From Limisphaerales bacterium (GTDB lineage: Bacteria; Verrucomicrobiota; Verrucomicrobiia; Limisphaerales; UBA9464), in the NCBI GenBank assembly GCA_044221235.1, contig JBGAPN010000002.1, positions 1-37,110 on the forward strand: a stretch of 37,110 nt of DNA. Reading direction: 5' to 3'. Within the stretch, counting starts at the first letter, position 1; the number at the start of each line of letters is the position of its first letter. The notes below the pieces were generated by a model that worked only from the letters and a program-made list of their open reading frames with translations, ran no database searches and was not told the origin of the DNA. Shown here one piece after another: positions 17,360 through 25,424 of the stretch. A program made the translations under genes and the position numbers.

Positions 17360-20078
17360 GGTCGAACTCAATCCGTTTGAGCTGGAGAGTGGCCTTTTGT
17401 CCATCCGGGGCGACGGACATCCACCGCGCCAGCCCCATTCCTCCTTCCCGGGTTCTATACGCGAAGGTCACCGGTAAGGACTCCTGCACCAACTCGGAAC
17501 GGGCCGTTGCCTGCTGATCCAACCCCCGGAGCACGTCCAGCGGCGCCATGCCGTCCCAAGCCGACGGACGGAGGTTGACCGCCGCCACGCCGAGAAACTC
17601 CAGCTTCCCGGCTCCCAGCAGAATGTCGAATCCCTGGTCTTGCATCCAGGCAACATCCCGGCCGACTCCTGCCAAGCCACCAGGTCCGATGGATTCACCC
17701 GGAAGGCGCCCCGTGCGCCCGGTATCCAGGTCGAGCACGTCGCTGAACGAGACTTCCTGTTCCATTCCAAACTTCACGGGAAGCTTCGACGTCGCGGGGG
17801 ACCCCGGGGGCAGGACCAGATCCCGAAACTCCACCCAGAAGACCCGCTGGACCTGCATCTGGATTTCTTTGGCGCGGGCACGGGTCAGGCCGGGAAAGGT
17901 CAGCGTCCACGTCGAGTTCCCTTCTCCCGTGCTGCCTGAACCCTCCTGCTGGAGATGCGTCTGACCGTCGGTGTCGACCACCACCACCCGCCGTTTCCAG
18001 GAAGAGGAATCAGGGCCGAGAACCAGCGTGAGGAACAGGTTGGTCCCGTCGTCGCGGACATGATTGAGCGTAGCGTTCCACACGGGGTCCCCCGGTTCAG
18101 AGGAGTTCACCCTGTCACCCCCCTGCACCGGGTGGGTCACCACGGCGCGCCAGTTTCCGACAGGGTATCCCAGCCGCACGGTCGTCTTACGGGTGGTCGC
18201 CGGCCAGGCGATGTCCATCGCCCAGCCATCTTTCAGAGCGTTGCCATTTTGCCAGACCCGCCCACCCGCCGAGATCGATCCCGCCGGGATGCATTCCAGA
18301 GAGGGCACTCCGGTTCCCGCAGGGATGCCGGAGATCTGGAAAACCAGGGAGGCCCGTTGCTCGGATGGGCTCAGCGATGAAGCCAGACCCCGGACCTCGA
18401 ATGAGTTCGTTGCGGGTGCGCTGTCCGGATGCCACCAAGTCGCGGGAAGCGCCCCGGGGGTGTTGACAGCGCGAAGTTCCAATCTCCCACCCGCCAGAAA
18501 ATTGGCCACCATGGAATGGCTCTGCGGATCCCTCCAGGCGGCGAAATCCACCGGCCCAAAACTCCTTGGAACCGTCGCGAAGTAGGGAACCAACAGCGCG
18601 GGCACCAAGGCTGCCCATTCCAGCCAGGGCCGATGGAATCCACGCGCCAGGAATAACTCGCGAATCCGCGGCTGGCGCAGGGTCCAGATCAGCCAGAGGC
18701 ACGCGGCCACTAACAACGTGGCGGTAAGCCAGTATAGGATGGCGAACGAGCCTGGCGCCAGGGAACGGGCCGAGGGCCAGAATGCGGAATTTACATGAAC
18801 CGTCGTCTCCGTGTTGCCATTCAGAAATCCCAGGAAGAGCAAGGGCAGGGAAACTCCAATCGCGACAAGAAGGACCCCGAAGTATCCCAACGTCGCCTTG
18901 CGCCACCAGGGACGCAGTCGGAGCAGGCCAATGCCCATCGGTAACGTCAGGACTCCGAAATCAAATGAGTATTGATGCTGGTGGATTCCCGACCCCACTT
19001 CATAGGCGGAATGGAGTCCCGAGAGGATCAGCAGGAGCCCGATCACCCACAGGGACCAAGGCCGTCTCACGTGTTTGGGTTGCTGGGTTGCCGCCGGCGC
19101 CGGAGTCGGGGCAGATTCCCCGGCAGGCGCCGGAGTCACTGCGATCGTCTCCACCTGGCTCTTCACGTCGCTCGCGCGTTGGTAGCGCCGTTCCGGGTCG
19201 TTCTCCAACGCCCGCAACACCACTTCGTCGAGCCGGACATCGACCTCGAGTTTCCGGGAGGGCGGCGCGAATTTTCCCAGGGGCAGATCCCCGGTCAGCA
19301 TCTCATAAAACACAACGCCCAACGAATAAATGTCCGCGCGATGGTCGACCGTCAGTGGCCGTTCGAACTGCTCTGGCGCCATGTAATGCGGCGTGCCCAT
19401 CACCTGGCCCTCGGCCGTCAGCCGGTGCGTCTCCACATTGGCGTCGAGGATTTTCGCCAGCCCGAAGTCGGCGATCTTCACCCGGCCACGCCGATCGACC
19501 AGGACGTTTTCCGGTTTGATGTCGCGGTGGACCACGCCTTCGTCGTGCGCGTATTGCAGGGCATCACAGATCTGCGGGATGATCTGCAACGCCTCCCGGG
19601 GAGAGAGACGTCCAGAGCGCTCCAGCTGGCGGAGATTGGCCCCGTCCACGAATTCCATCAGGAAGTAGTGACGGCCCTCGACTTGTCCAAACTCATGCAC
19701 GGCCACGATGTTCGGGTGGTTCAGGCGGGCAAGGGCACGAGCCTCACGATTGAACCGCTCGGCGAAGCGGGGTCCACCCTCGGCCGATGCCGGGAGCAGT
19801 TTGAGGGCGACCTGGCGGTCCAGGGCCGGCTGTCGCGCGCGGTAGACCGCACCCATGCCGCCGGCGCCGAGCAGGCCGAGGATCTCCAGTTGCGGAAACA
19901 GGCGGATCACCTCCGCCAGCGACGGCGGATCCATCCGCGGTGACGCACCTCCGGTGGCCGTCTGGGTTTCCGCTCCGTGTGCCAGCAGGCAGGCCGGGCA
20001 CAGGCCCGACAAGACTCCAGCCGGCAGACGGCGTCCACAATTCGGGCAGGAAGTCTCGGGGTTCACTTCAGCATTCAT
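17349..20078 (-). CDS. Membrane-spanning Ser/Thr protein kinase with an N-terminal zinc-ribbon and a large C-terminal extracytoplasmic domain of unknown fold
   Basis: The ATG at 20078 gives MNAEVNPETSCPNCGRRLPAGVLSGLCPACLL. Hanks kinase motifs are GAGGMGAVYRA, VALKLL, HRDIKPENVL, DFGLAK and GTPHYMAPE. About 5 hydrophobic helices follow (WSLWVIGLLLILSGL ... WLEWAALVPALLVPYF), then about 400 aa with no family I can name. Confidence 0.85.
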   Translation of the reverse strand: MNAEVNPETSCPNCGRRLPAGVLSGLCPACLLAHGAETQTATGGASPRMDPPSLAEVIRLFPQLEILGLLGAGGMGAVYRARQPALDRQVALKLLPASAEGGPRFAERFNREARALARLNHPNIVAVHEFGQVEGRHYFLMEFVDGANLRQLERSGRLSPREALQIIPQICDALQYAHDEGVVHRDIKPENVLVDRRGRVKIADFGLAKILDANVETHRLTAEGQVMGTPHYMAPEQFERPLTVDHRADIYSLGVVFYEMLTGDLPLGKFAPPSRKLEVDVRLDEVVLRALENDPERRYQRASDVKSQVETIAVTPAPAGESAPTPAPAATQQPKHVRRPWSLWVIGLLLILSGLHSAYEVGSGIHQHQYSFDFGVLTLPMGIGLLRLRPWWRKATLGYFGVLLVAIGVSLPLLFLGFLNGNTETTVHVNSAFWPSARSLAPGSFAILYWLTATLLVAACLWLIWTLRQPRIRELFLARGFHRPWLEWAALVPALLVPYFATVPRSFGPVDFAAWRDPQSHSMVANFLAGGRLELRAVNTPGALPATWWHPDSAPATNSFEVRGLASSLSPSEQRASLVFQISGIPAGTGVPSLECIPAGSISAGGRVWQNGNALKDGWAMDIAWPATTRKTTVRLGYPVGNWRAVVTHPVQGGDRVNSSEPGDPVWNATLNHVRDDGTNLFLTLVLGPDSSSWKRRVVVVDTDGQTHLQQEGSGSTGEGNSTWTLTFPGLTRARAKEIQMQVQRVFWVEFRDLVLPPGSPATSKLPVKFGMEQEVSFSDVLDLDTGRTGRLPGESIGPGGLAGVGRDVAWMQDQGFDILLGAGKLEFLGVAAVNLRPSAWDGMAPLDVLRGLDQQATARSELVQESLPVTFAYRTREGGMGLARWMSVAPDGQKATLQLKRIEFDHAR

Positions 20079-20667
20079 AGGATGGCATTCAACCTTCACC
20101 CACCCCAGAAGCATTTTCGTCCGGGCGTTACTGGAAATCTTCATCCATCCAATGGACCCAATCACGAGCGTCATCGGAACACGCTGGGTCCCTGACACCA
20201 ACGGTTGGGGAATGGGAACCAGTCCTCACACTCCCTCAGATCTTCTGGCCCTCGAATTCCGGTCCATCCGCGGACCAGATCTGAAGAAGTGGGTGACGAC
20301 GACGCGACGTTTTAAGCCCACGTTTTGGTGTTGGGTCGGCAACGTCTTGGCACCCACCGCCTGATTTTTTCCCCAGGACCTAAGGACCATCCCTAGGCGT
20401 CTTCCGCTGGCATCCCAGCTGAACCCAGGCCACGAATCAGTAGATTCACCTCCGTCGCGGCACATCGATACGACCCGCGACTAGCGCGGTCCTTCCCCGT
20501 TCATCACCGAAATAGTAATCGATCGACATCGCTGCGGGTACGCTTCCTGCGTTCGGCGCCGCGACATTCGCTCGGGCACTCCCAGCGAAGACCAGGTCCC
20601 CCAATCCACCCAGAGTCCAAGGGGAGTCGTCTTTGCATTACCCGTCGAGTCTTCGACTGAACTCTTC

Positions 20668-22215
20668 ATGCGCATGCGTTTTTCATTCTTTTTTGCACTG
20701 GCCGCGATTCTCACATCGGCGGCGATCGCGACCGCCCAGGAGGCGGTAGGGACCGCCTCGGGGCCCTGGACCGCACCCTCACTGCCGCTGGAGGTCCTGG
20801 GACCGGATCAAACGCAGGAGACGTTCACCTTCTTCCTGCCTTCGGGGGCCAACGCCGCCACAAACCTCTTCCTCAAGGTCAATCATCTCTCGTTTGAAAA
20901 GAAGGCCAGCGTCCGCATCAACGGGGGAAAGTGGAGGGTTCTGAACAACCGGAATGTGATCATGGCAAAGCGGGATGTCGGATTCTGGGGCATGGGAGGG
21001 ATCCAGGATACGCTCCACATCACCATCCGGCTTCTAGCGGGTGAGATCGTCAACGGCACCAACCGCGTTGATTTCCGCTTCAACGATCTCGATGGCGTCT
21101 CCATTGGCTATCGTGTCCTGGAGGTCAATGTCCTCTCCGGAACCGGACCCCTGCTGCCCCCCGAGGCGTTCTCCTACACCGACCCCGCCGTCTGGGGACC
21201 GCCCATCGATACCGCTGCGGCCAAGGCGGCGGGACGTTCCCTCTGGTACTCCGCTCCCATCACCGAGCGCGGCCTCGCCATGAATGTTCACTGCACCGAC
21301 TGTCACGCGCACGACGGACGGGACCTCAAGTATTTCAATTTCTCCAACAAATCCATTGTCGAGCGAGCGATCTACCACGGTCTCACCCGCAGCGAGGGTG
21401 AGAAGATCGCCAGCTACATCCGGTCCATCAACATCCCGTATGAACCGCTCGGTCGGCCGTGGAACCCGCCCTATCAGCCCGGGCCCGGCCTCGATTCCAA
21501 GCCGGTCCGCAGCTGGTCGGCCGGAGCGGGACTGGAGGCTGTCGTGGACGACCTCGACATGATTCCCTACATCTTTCCGGAAGGGATCACCACGAATGCC
21601 CTGGACGTGCAGTCGCGGATTCTCAACGCCCGGGAGATTCCCCTGAGTGTCCAATTGCCCACCTGGAACCAGTGGCTTCCCCGCAAGCATCCGCTCGATC
21701 AGAACTACCCGATCTTCTCCACCAATTCATACATCCTGCAGTATCCGATGATGCGCTCCAACCTCGTGGGCAAGACCCCCCTGCAGGCGGTGCAATACCT
21801 CCGGATCCAAAGCTCGGTCTGGGACGGAAAAACCTCCGACAATCCCATCGTTCGTCCGCCCTTGAAGGATCCGACCTTTCCCACCTGGTCCGCCAACCAC
21901 CGCGACCGGATCCATTGGCGGGCGGTGAAAACCTGGGAGATGATGACCGAATTCCAGCTTGAGGATTACGGTCACGAGCTGTTTGGGGCCCTGTCTCCCG
22001 GAGGTTCCCCCACCAGTGACCGGCGTTGGTTGGCCGGGGAAATCTTCCGGCTGGGACCGCATTTCCTCGGCATCCTGAAGGACAAGAAGTTCTACGCGGA
22101 GTCCATGCAGTGGTACCAGTTGCAGCTGGTCCTCCATGATGGCAACCGGCAGAACCCCCAGCACCACCCCCATGGACTGGGGCTACCTTCAGCACTGAAT
22201 CAGAGTCTGGAATAA
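20668..22215 (+). CDS. Secreted single-CXXCH (putative heme c-binding) protein. Its 3' end is probably displaced into another frame (see 22140-22631).
   Basis: 515 aa with the signal peptide MRMRFSFFFALAAILTSAAIATAQE and a single heme c motif in NVHCTDCHAHDGRDLKYFNF. It is visibly more AT-rich than its neighbours. Confidence 0.6.
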   Translation: MRMRFSFFFALAAILTSAAIATAQEAVGTASGPWTAPSLPLEVLGPDQTQETFTFFLPSGANAATNLFLKVNHLSFEKKASVRINGGKWRVLNNRNVIMAKRDVGFWGMGGIQDTLHITIRLLAGEIVNGTNRVDFRFNDLDGVSIGYRVLEVNVLSGTGPLLPPEAFSYTDPAVWGPPIDTAAAKAAGRSLWYSAPITERGLAMNVHCTDCHAHDGRDLKYFNFSNKSIVERAIYHGLTRSEGEKIASYIRSINIPYEPLGRPWNPPYQPGPGLDSKPVRSWSAGAGLEAVVDDLDMIPYIFPEGITTNALDVQSRILNAREIPLSVQLPTWNQWLPRKHPLDQNYPIFSTNSYILQYPMMRSNLVGKTPLQAVQYLRIQSSVWDGKTSDNPIVRPPLKDPTFPTWSANHRDRIHWRAVKTWEMMTEFQLEDYGHELFGALSPGGSPTSDRRWLAGEIFRLGPHFLGILKDKKFYAESMQWYQLQLVLHDGNRQNPQHHPHGLGLPSALNQSLE

Positions 22216-22631
22216 CCGGAACGACACGCTTACCTACGGAATTCTGGTCCTGCAACGTTATCAAGGGCCCTGAAGTAACCGCGAACGGATCGGCGCCAGC
22301 GACGAACGCGGTTGAATTTCGCCAAGTGCGACCTGCATCTGCCCGCACCGGGCAACACGATGGGGGGAAGTATGCGACCATCCCGATCGAACTGCGGCGG
22401 GCCATCGCGGAGGCCTGCATCTCGCAATGGCTGGAACACAGCCTCCGGTACACACGGGAGGAATACGCGGCACGGCGATGGTTCACCTTCACCGAGGCGC
22501 GCAGGAACTACATCCGCGATCTGGCCATCAACTTCGCCGCCATCGGCGTCCGTCCGGAACTGGTGAACGGAATTTGCGACTTCGGCGAACGCCTGTTTCC
22601 CAATTACGACTGGAGCCTGTACCGGCTCTGA
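22140..22631 (+). pseudogene. Open frame that probably encodes the C-terminal part of the preceding CXXCH protein (frame-shifted continuation)
   Basis: This frame is open from 22140 and overlaps the last 75 nt of the 20668-22215 ORF. It has no ATG; the first possible start is a GTG at 22326 with no visible RBS. The distal 90 aa (GKYATIPIELRRAIAEACISQWLEHSLRYTREEYAARRWFTFTEARRNYIRDL...) have a normal protein-like composition. Confidence 0.45.
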
Positions 22632-22682
22632 TCATGTCCTACCCGTCCACTCGGCACACGACGCGGTTCGGCAGGCTTGGTT

Positions 22683-23537
22683 TCACCCGCCGAACCGCGC
22701 CGGATGCAGTCCGCTCGTCCCCACCTGCGCCGCAAAAATTCCGCCGGCGTTGGGCTGGCGTCCGCGGTTCGCCTCGGTCACATCCCGGCTCGCTGTGGTG
22801 ATGTACAGGGTCTCTCCGGGTCCGAAACAGCACGACGAGACCGCTTCGACCGGAACCTGGACCTCCGCCACCCGTTGCCCCGTCAACGGGTCATGGCACG
22901 CCACCTTCCAGCCTCCCCAGAGCGCGATCCACAACCGGCCATCCCGGTCGGCCGACATGCCATCCGGATAGCCATCCGTCACCTCGATCACCGTTCGGCG
23001 GCCGGAGATCGCGCCGGTGGTCGGATCATAGTCAAAGGCATCCACCCGACGGGTCGGGGAATCGATGTAATAAAGTGTGCGTCCCTCCGGCGACCAGGCC
23101 AGTCCGTTGGAAATACTGACGTCGCGGACCCATCGGGTGACGCCATAATCCGGGTCCAGGCGGTACAACGATCCGCGTCGCGGCGATTCGTTCACCGCCA
23201 TGGTTCCCGCCCAAAGCCGGCCCGCCGGATCGCACTTGGCGTCATTGAAACGATTGCCGGAATTGTCCGGTTCTGGACGCGCGACGAGTTCCAAATCCGG
23301 ACGGTCCGGATGAAACCGGGCAATACCCTGTTCGGTACCCACCAGAAAATCACCCCGGACCGTGGGAACAACAAATCCGATTCGATGCGGAAATCGCCAG
23401 ACCTGGTCGGCGCCCCGCCCTGGGTCCAGCGCGTGGATCTCGCCGCGTTCGATGTCCACCCACCACAGCCGGTCGCAATGCCACACGGGGCCCTCGGCAA
23501 GGACGGAATGCGCGTCGAAGATGCAGGAGGCGGTCAT
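22683..23537 (-). CDS. SMP-30/gluconolactonase/LRE family lactonase
   Basis: 284 aa. Contains LAEGPVWH...LWWVDI..G.I, NRFNDAKCDPAGRLWAGTM, SNGLAWSPEGRTLYYIDS and PDGMSADRDGRLWIALWGG, which are hallmark six-bladed propeller lactonase motifs. Its ATG overlaps the upstream stop as ATGA. Confidence 0.85.
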   Translation of the reverse strand: MTASCIFDAHSVLAEGPVWHCDRLWWVDIERGEIHALDPGRGADQVWRFPHRIGFVVPTVRGDFLVGTEQGIARFHPDRPDLELVARPEPDNSGNRFNDAKCDPAGRLWAGTMAVNESPRRGSLYRLDPDYGVTRWVRDVSISNGLAWSPEGRTLYYIDSPTRRVDAFDYDPTTGAISGRRTVIEVTDGYPDGMSADRDGRLWIALWGGWKVACHDPLTGQRVAEVQVPVEAVSSCCFGPGETLYITTASRDVTEANRGRQPNAGGIFAAQVGTSGLHPARFGG

Positions 23538-24571
23538 GGGATTGGTCGCAACACCGACTTGATGATGTCCCCCCGATGCATGGTTTCGAAAGCATCATGC
23601 CAGCGTTCCAACGGCCACTCGCCGCCGATGATCGGGCGCACATCCAGCTGACCGGTTGCCAGCAGGCCCACGACGCGTTCCCAGATCGGCCAGTTGTGGC
23701 TGAAGCTTCCCTGCAGTCGGACATTCTTCTGGACCAGCGGATCCAGGGAAAAACCCATGGGTTGCGGTCCCCATCCAACCTTCGTGATCCAGCCTGCGGG
23801 CCGCACAGCCTCCAGTGCAGTGGCCAGTGAGGCCGACACCCCGGTGGCATCGATGACGCCTTCCACGCCCAGTCCGTCCCCCGATCGGCACCAGGAGAGC
23901 GAATCCCCCATGAGCACCTCACATCCATACGCCCGGGCCTTTTCCAGGCGCACCCGATCGCGCTCGAGTCCAGCGAGGGCAACCCGGGCCCCGCACAATC
24001 GCGCGATGGCGGCACACAACACTCCGATGGGCCCCGGACCAAGAACCAGAATCCGGTCACCGGGAAGAATGTGGGAATTCACCGCAGTCGCATTGAACGC
24101 CACGCAGCAGGGCTCGCTCAGCGCGGCCATTTCAATCGACAGCGAGTCCGGGACCGCATGAAGGATTCGGGAGGGAACCCGGACATACTGGGTCATGGCT
24201 CCGTCCACGGCCGCCCCGTACCCACGGCGTCCGGGATCGAGGTTGTACAGACCCTGACGGGTGAGAGGACCTTCCGGGTCGATCACAGCGTGGGTTTCAC
24301 TGACCACGCGGTCCCCTTCCTTCCATCGGGATGGCACGGCGGATCCACGACGGGCAATGCGACCCGCAAACTCATGCCCCAGAATGCACGGATAGTTGAC
24401 CTTCCAGCCATGCTGCCCCGTCCACATGTGCAGGTCGCTGCCGCAGACGCCCACCGCTTCGACCTGGAGGAGAACGTCGTCCGGACCGATCTCGGGGATG
24501 GGGACTTCCCGGATCTCGACCGAACCGGGGGCCGCGTCAAAAGTGACCACGGCGGGCTGGGTGGTTTTCAT
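23534..24571 (-). CDS. Zinc-dependent medium-chain dehydrogenase/reductase (sorbitol or threonine dehydrogenase-like)
   Basis: 345 aa. Contains the zinc motif VGVCGSDLHMW...ILGHEFAG and the Rossmann motif VLGPGPIGVLCA. Confidence 0.85.
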   Translation of the reverse strand: MKTTQPAVVTFDAAPGSVEIREVPIPEIGPDDVLLQVEAVGVCGSDLHMWTGQHGWKVNYPCILGHEFAGRIARRGSAVPSRWKEGDRVVSETHAVIDPEGPLTRQGLYNLDPGRRGYGAAVDGAMTQYVRVPSRILHAVPDSLSIEMAALSEPCCVAFNATAVNSHILPGDRILVLGPGPIGVLCAAIARLCGARVALAGLERDRVRLEKARAYGCEVLMGDSLSWCRSGDGLGVEGVIDATGVSASLATALEAVRPAGWITKVGWGPQPMGFSLDPLVQKNVRLQGSFSHNWPIWERVVGLLATGQLDVRPIIGGEWPLERWHDAFETMHRGDIIKSVLRPIP

Positions 24572-25305
24572 CAGGGACAGGCAGTTTTGACGGCCTCGAC
24601 GAAGCGGGCAAGGGCGCCGGCGTAATCCGGGTCCGAGAAGATGGGATGACCAATAGCCACGAGGGCCGCACCCGCCCGCACCCCCCGGACCGCGTCATCA
24701 ATTCCAAAACAGCCCATTCCCACCGGGAGCGACCCGACCGCCTTGCACACCGGCGCCACCCAGGACACGGCGTCGCCCGAGGGATTCGCCCGGCGCTGGT
24801 CCGCGGCGAAATGAAGATAAATCATGTCGACGCCCCACTCCGCGCATTGGACCGCCCGGGACACCTGGTCTTTCACGCCAATGGTGTCGGTGACCACCTG
24901 GATGCCGGTCTTCTTGCCCTCGGCAATGGCCGACTTCACGGTCTCATCCGTCGCATTGGCGCACACTGTCATGTAATGGCCGCCCTGCTTCTGGGTGATC
25001 TGCACATTCTTGAACCCGGAGTCCATCGTCTTGTAGTCCGCGAGGATGGGCATCTTCGGGAACGCCTGGGCCAGACGCCCGATTGCCGCGGCCCCCTGGG
25101 CCACGATCAGAGGGGTTCCTGCTTCCAGGATGTCGACGCCCGCACGGACGCCGACTTCGGCCGCCGCAAGAGCTTCTTCGATGGTGGGAAAATCCAGCGC
25201 GAGCTGGACGAGGGGCCGGGAGGGCATGCCTGGATTCTGGTCGTACCGGCTCACTTCCGGCAAGTCCGTCTCGCGGTCTCCGTAATCTGCAGGGGGATCT
25301 GGCAT
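24571..25305 (-). CDS. OMP-decarboxylase-fold enzyme of the 3-hexulose-6-phosphate synthase / 3-keto-L-gulonate-6-phosphate decarboxylase family
   Basis: LVQLALDFPTIEEALAAAEVGVRAGVDILEAGTPLIVAQGAAAIGRLAQAFPKMPILADYKTMDSG aligns with the HPS/KGPDC N-terminus (KLQVAIDL...ELGTPLI...G......K....IFADMKTMDAG). The internal ATG at 25227 (MPSRPLVQLALD) may be the true start. The stop overlaps the next ATG as TGATG. Confidence 0.75.
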   Translation of the reverse strand: MPDPPADYGDRETDLPEVSRYDQNPGMPSRPLVQLALDFPTIEEALAAAEVGVRAGVDILEAGTPLIVAQGAAAIGRLAQAFPKMPILADYKTMDSGFKNVQITQKQGGHYMTVCANATDETVKSAIAEGKKTGIQVVTDTIGVKDQVSRAVQCAEWGVDMIYLHFAADQRRANPSGDAVSWVAPVCKAVGSLPVGMGCFGIDDAVRGVRAGAALVAIGHPIFSDPDYAGALARFVEAVKTACP

Positions 25306-25424
25306 CCTAAAAACAGGCTGATCGTGGGAAAGGAAGAAGAGGAAGGCGGCAAGGGGAACTCAACGATCCGCTTCCCGCGCTCGTGAGTTCTGAATGAGGC
25401 GATGCCTCATCCTCCGCCGCCGTT

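Noticed and set aside
20214-20245. GGAACC at 20214-20219 considered as an ECF-type -35 element in the kinase/CXXCH divergent spacer
   Set aside because: There is no CGTC-like -10 at the expected 16-17 nt spacing, and the promoter motif for this sigma type is unknown to me. It more likely belongs to the degenerate repeat tail GTTGGGGAATGGGAAC.
22196-22198. In-frame TGA between the protein-like stretches MDWGYLQH and IRVWNNRNDTL, considered as possible selenocysteine or stop-codon recoding
   Set aside because: TGA is clearly used as a normal stop elsewhere in the window (recC, recB, the kinase and the propeller gene). I saw no SECIS-like hairpin immediately downstream. The stretch already needs frameshifts on both sides, so decay or sequencing error is the simpler explanation.
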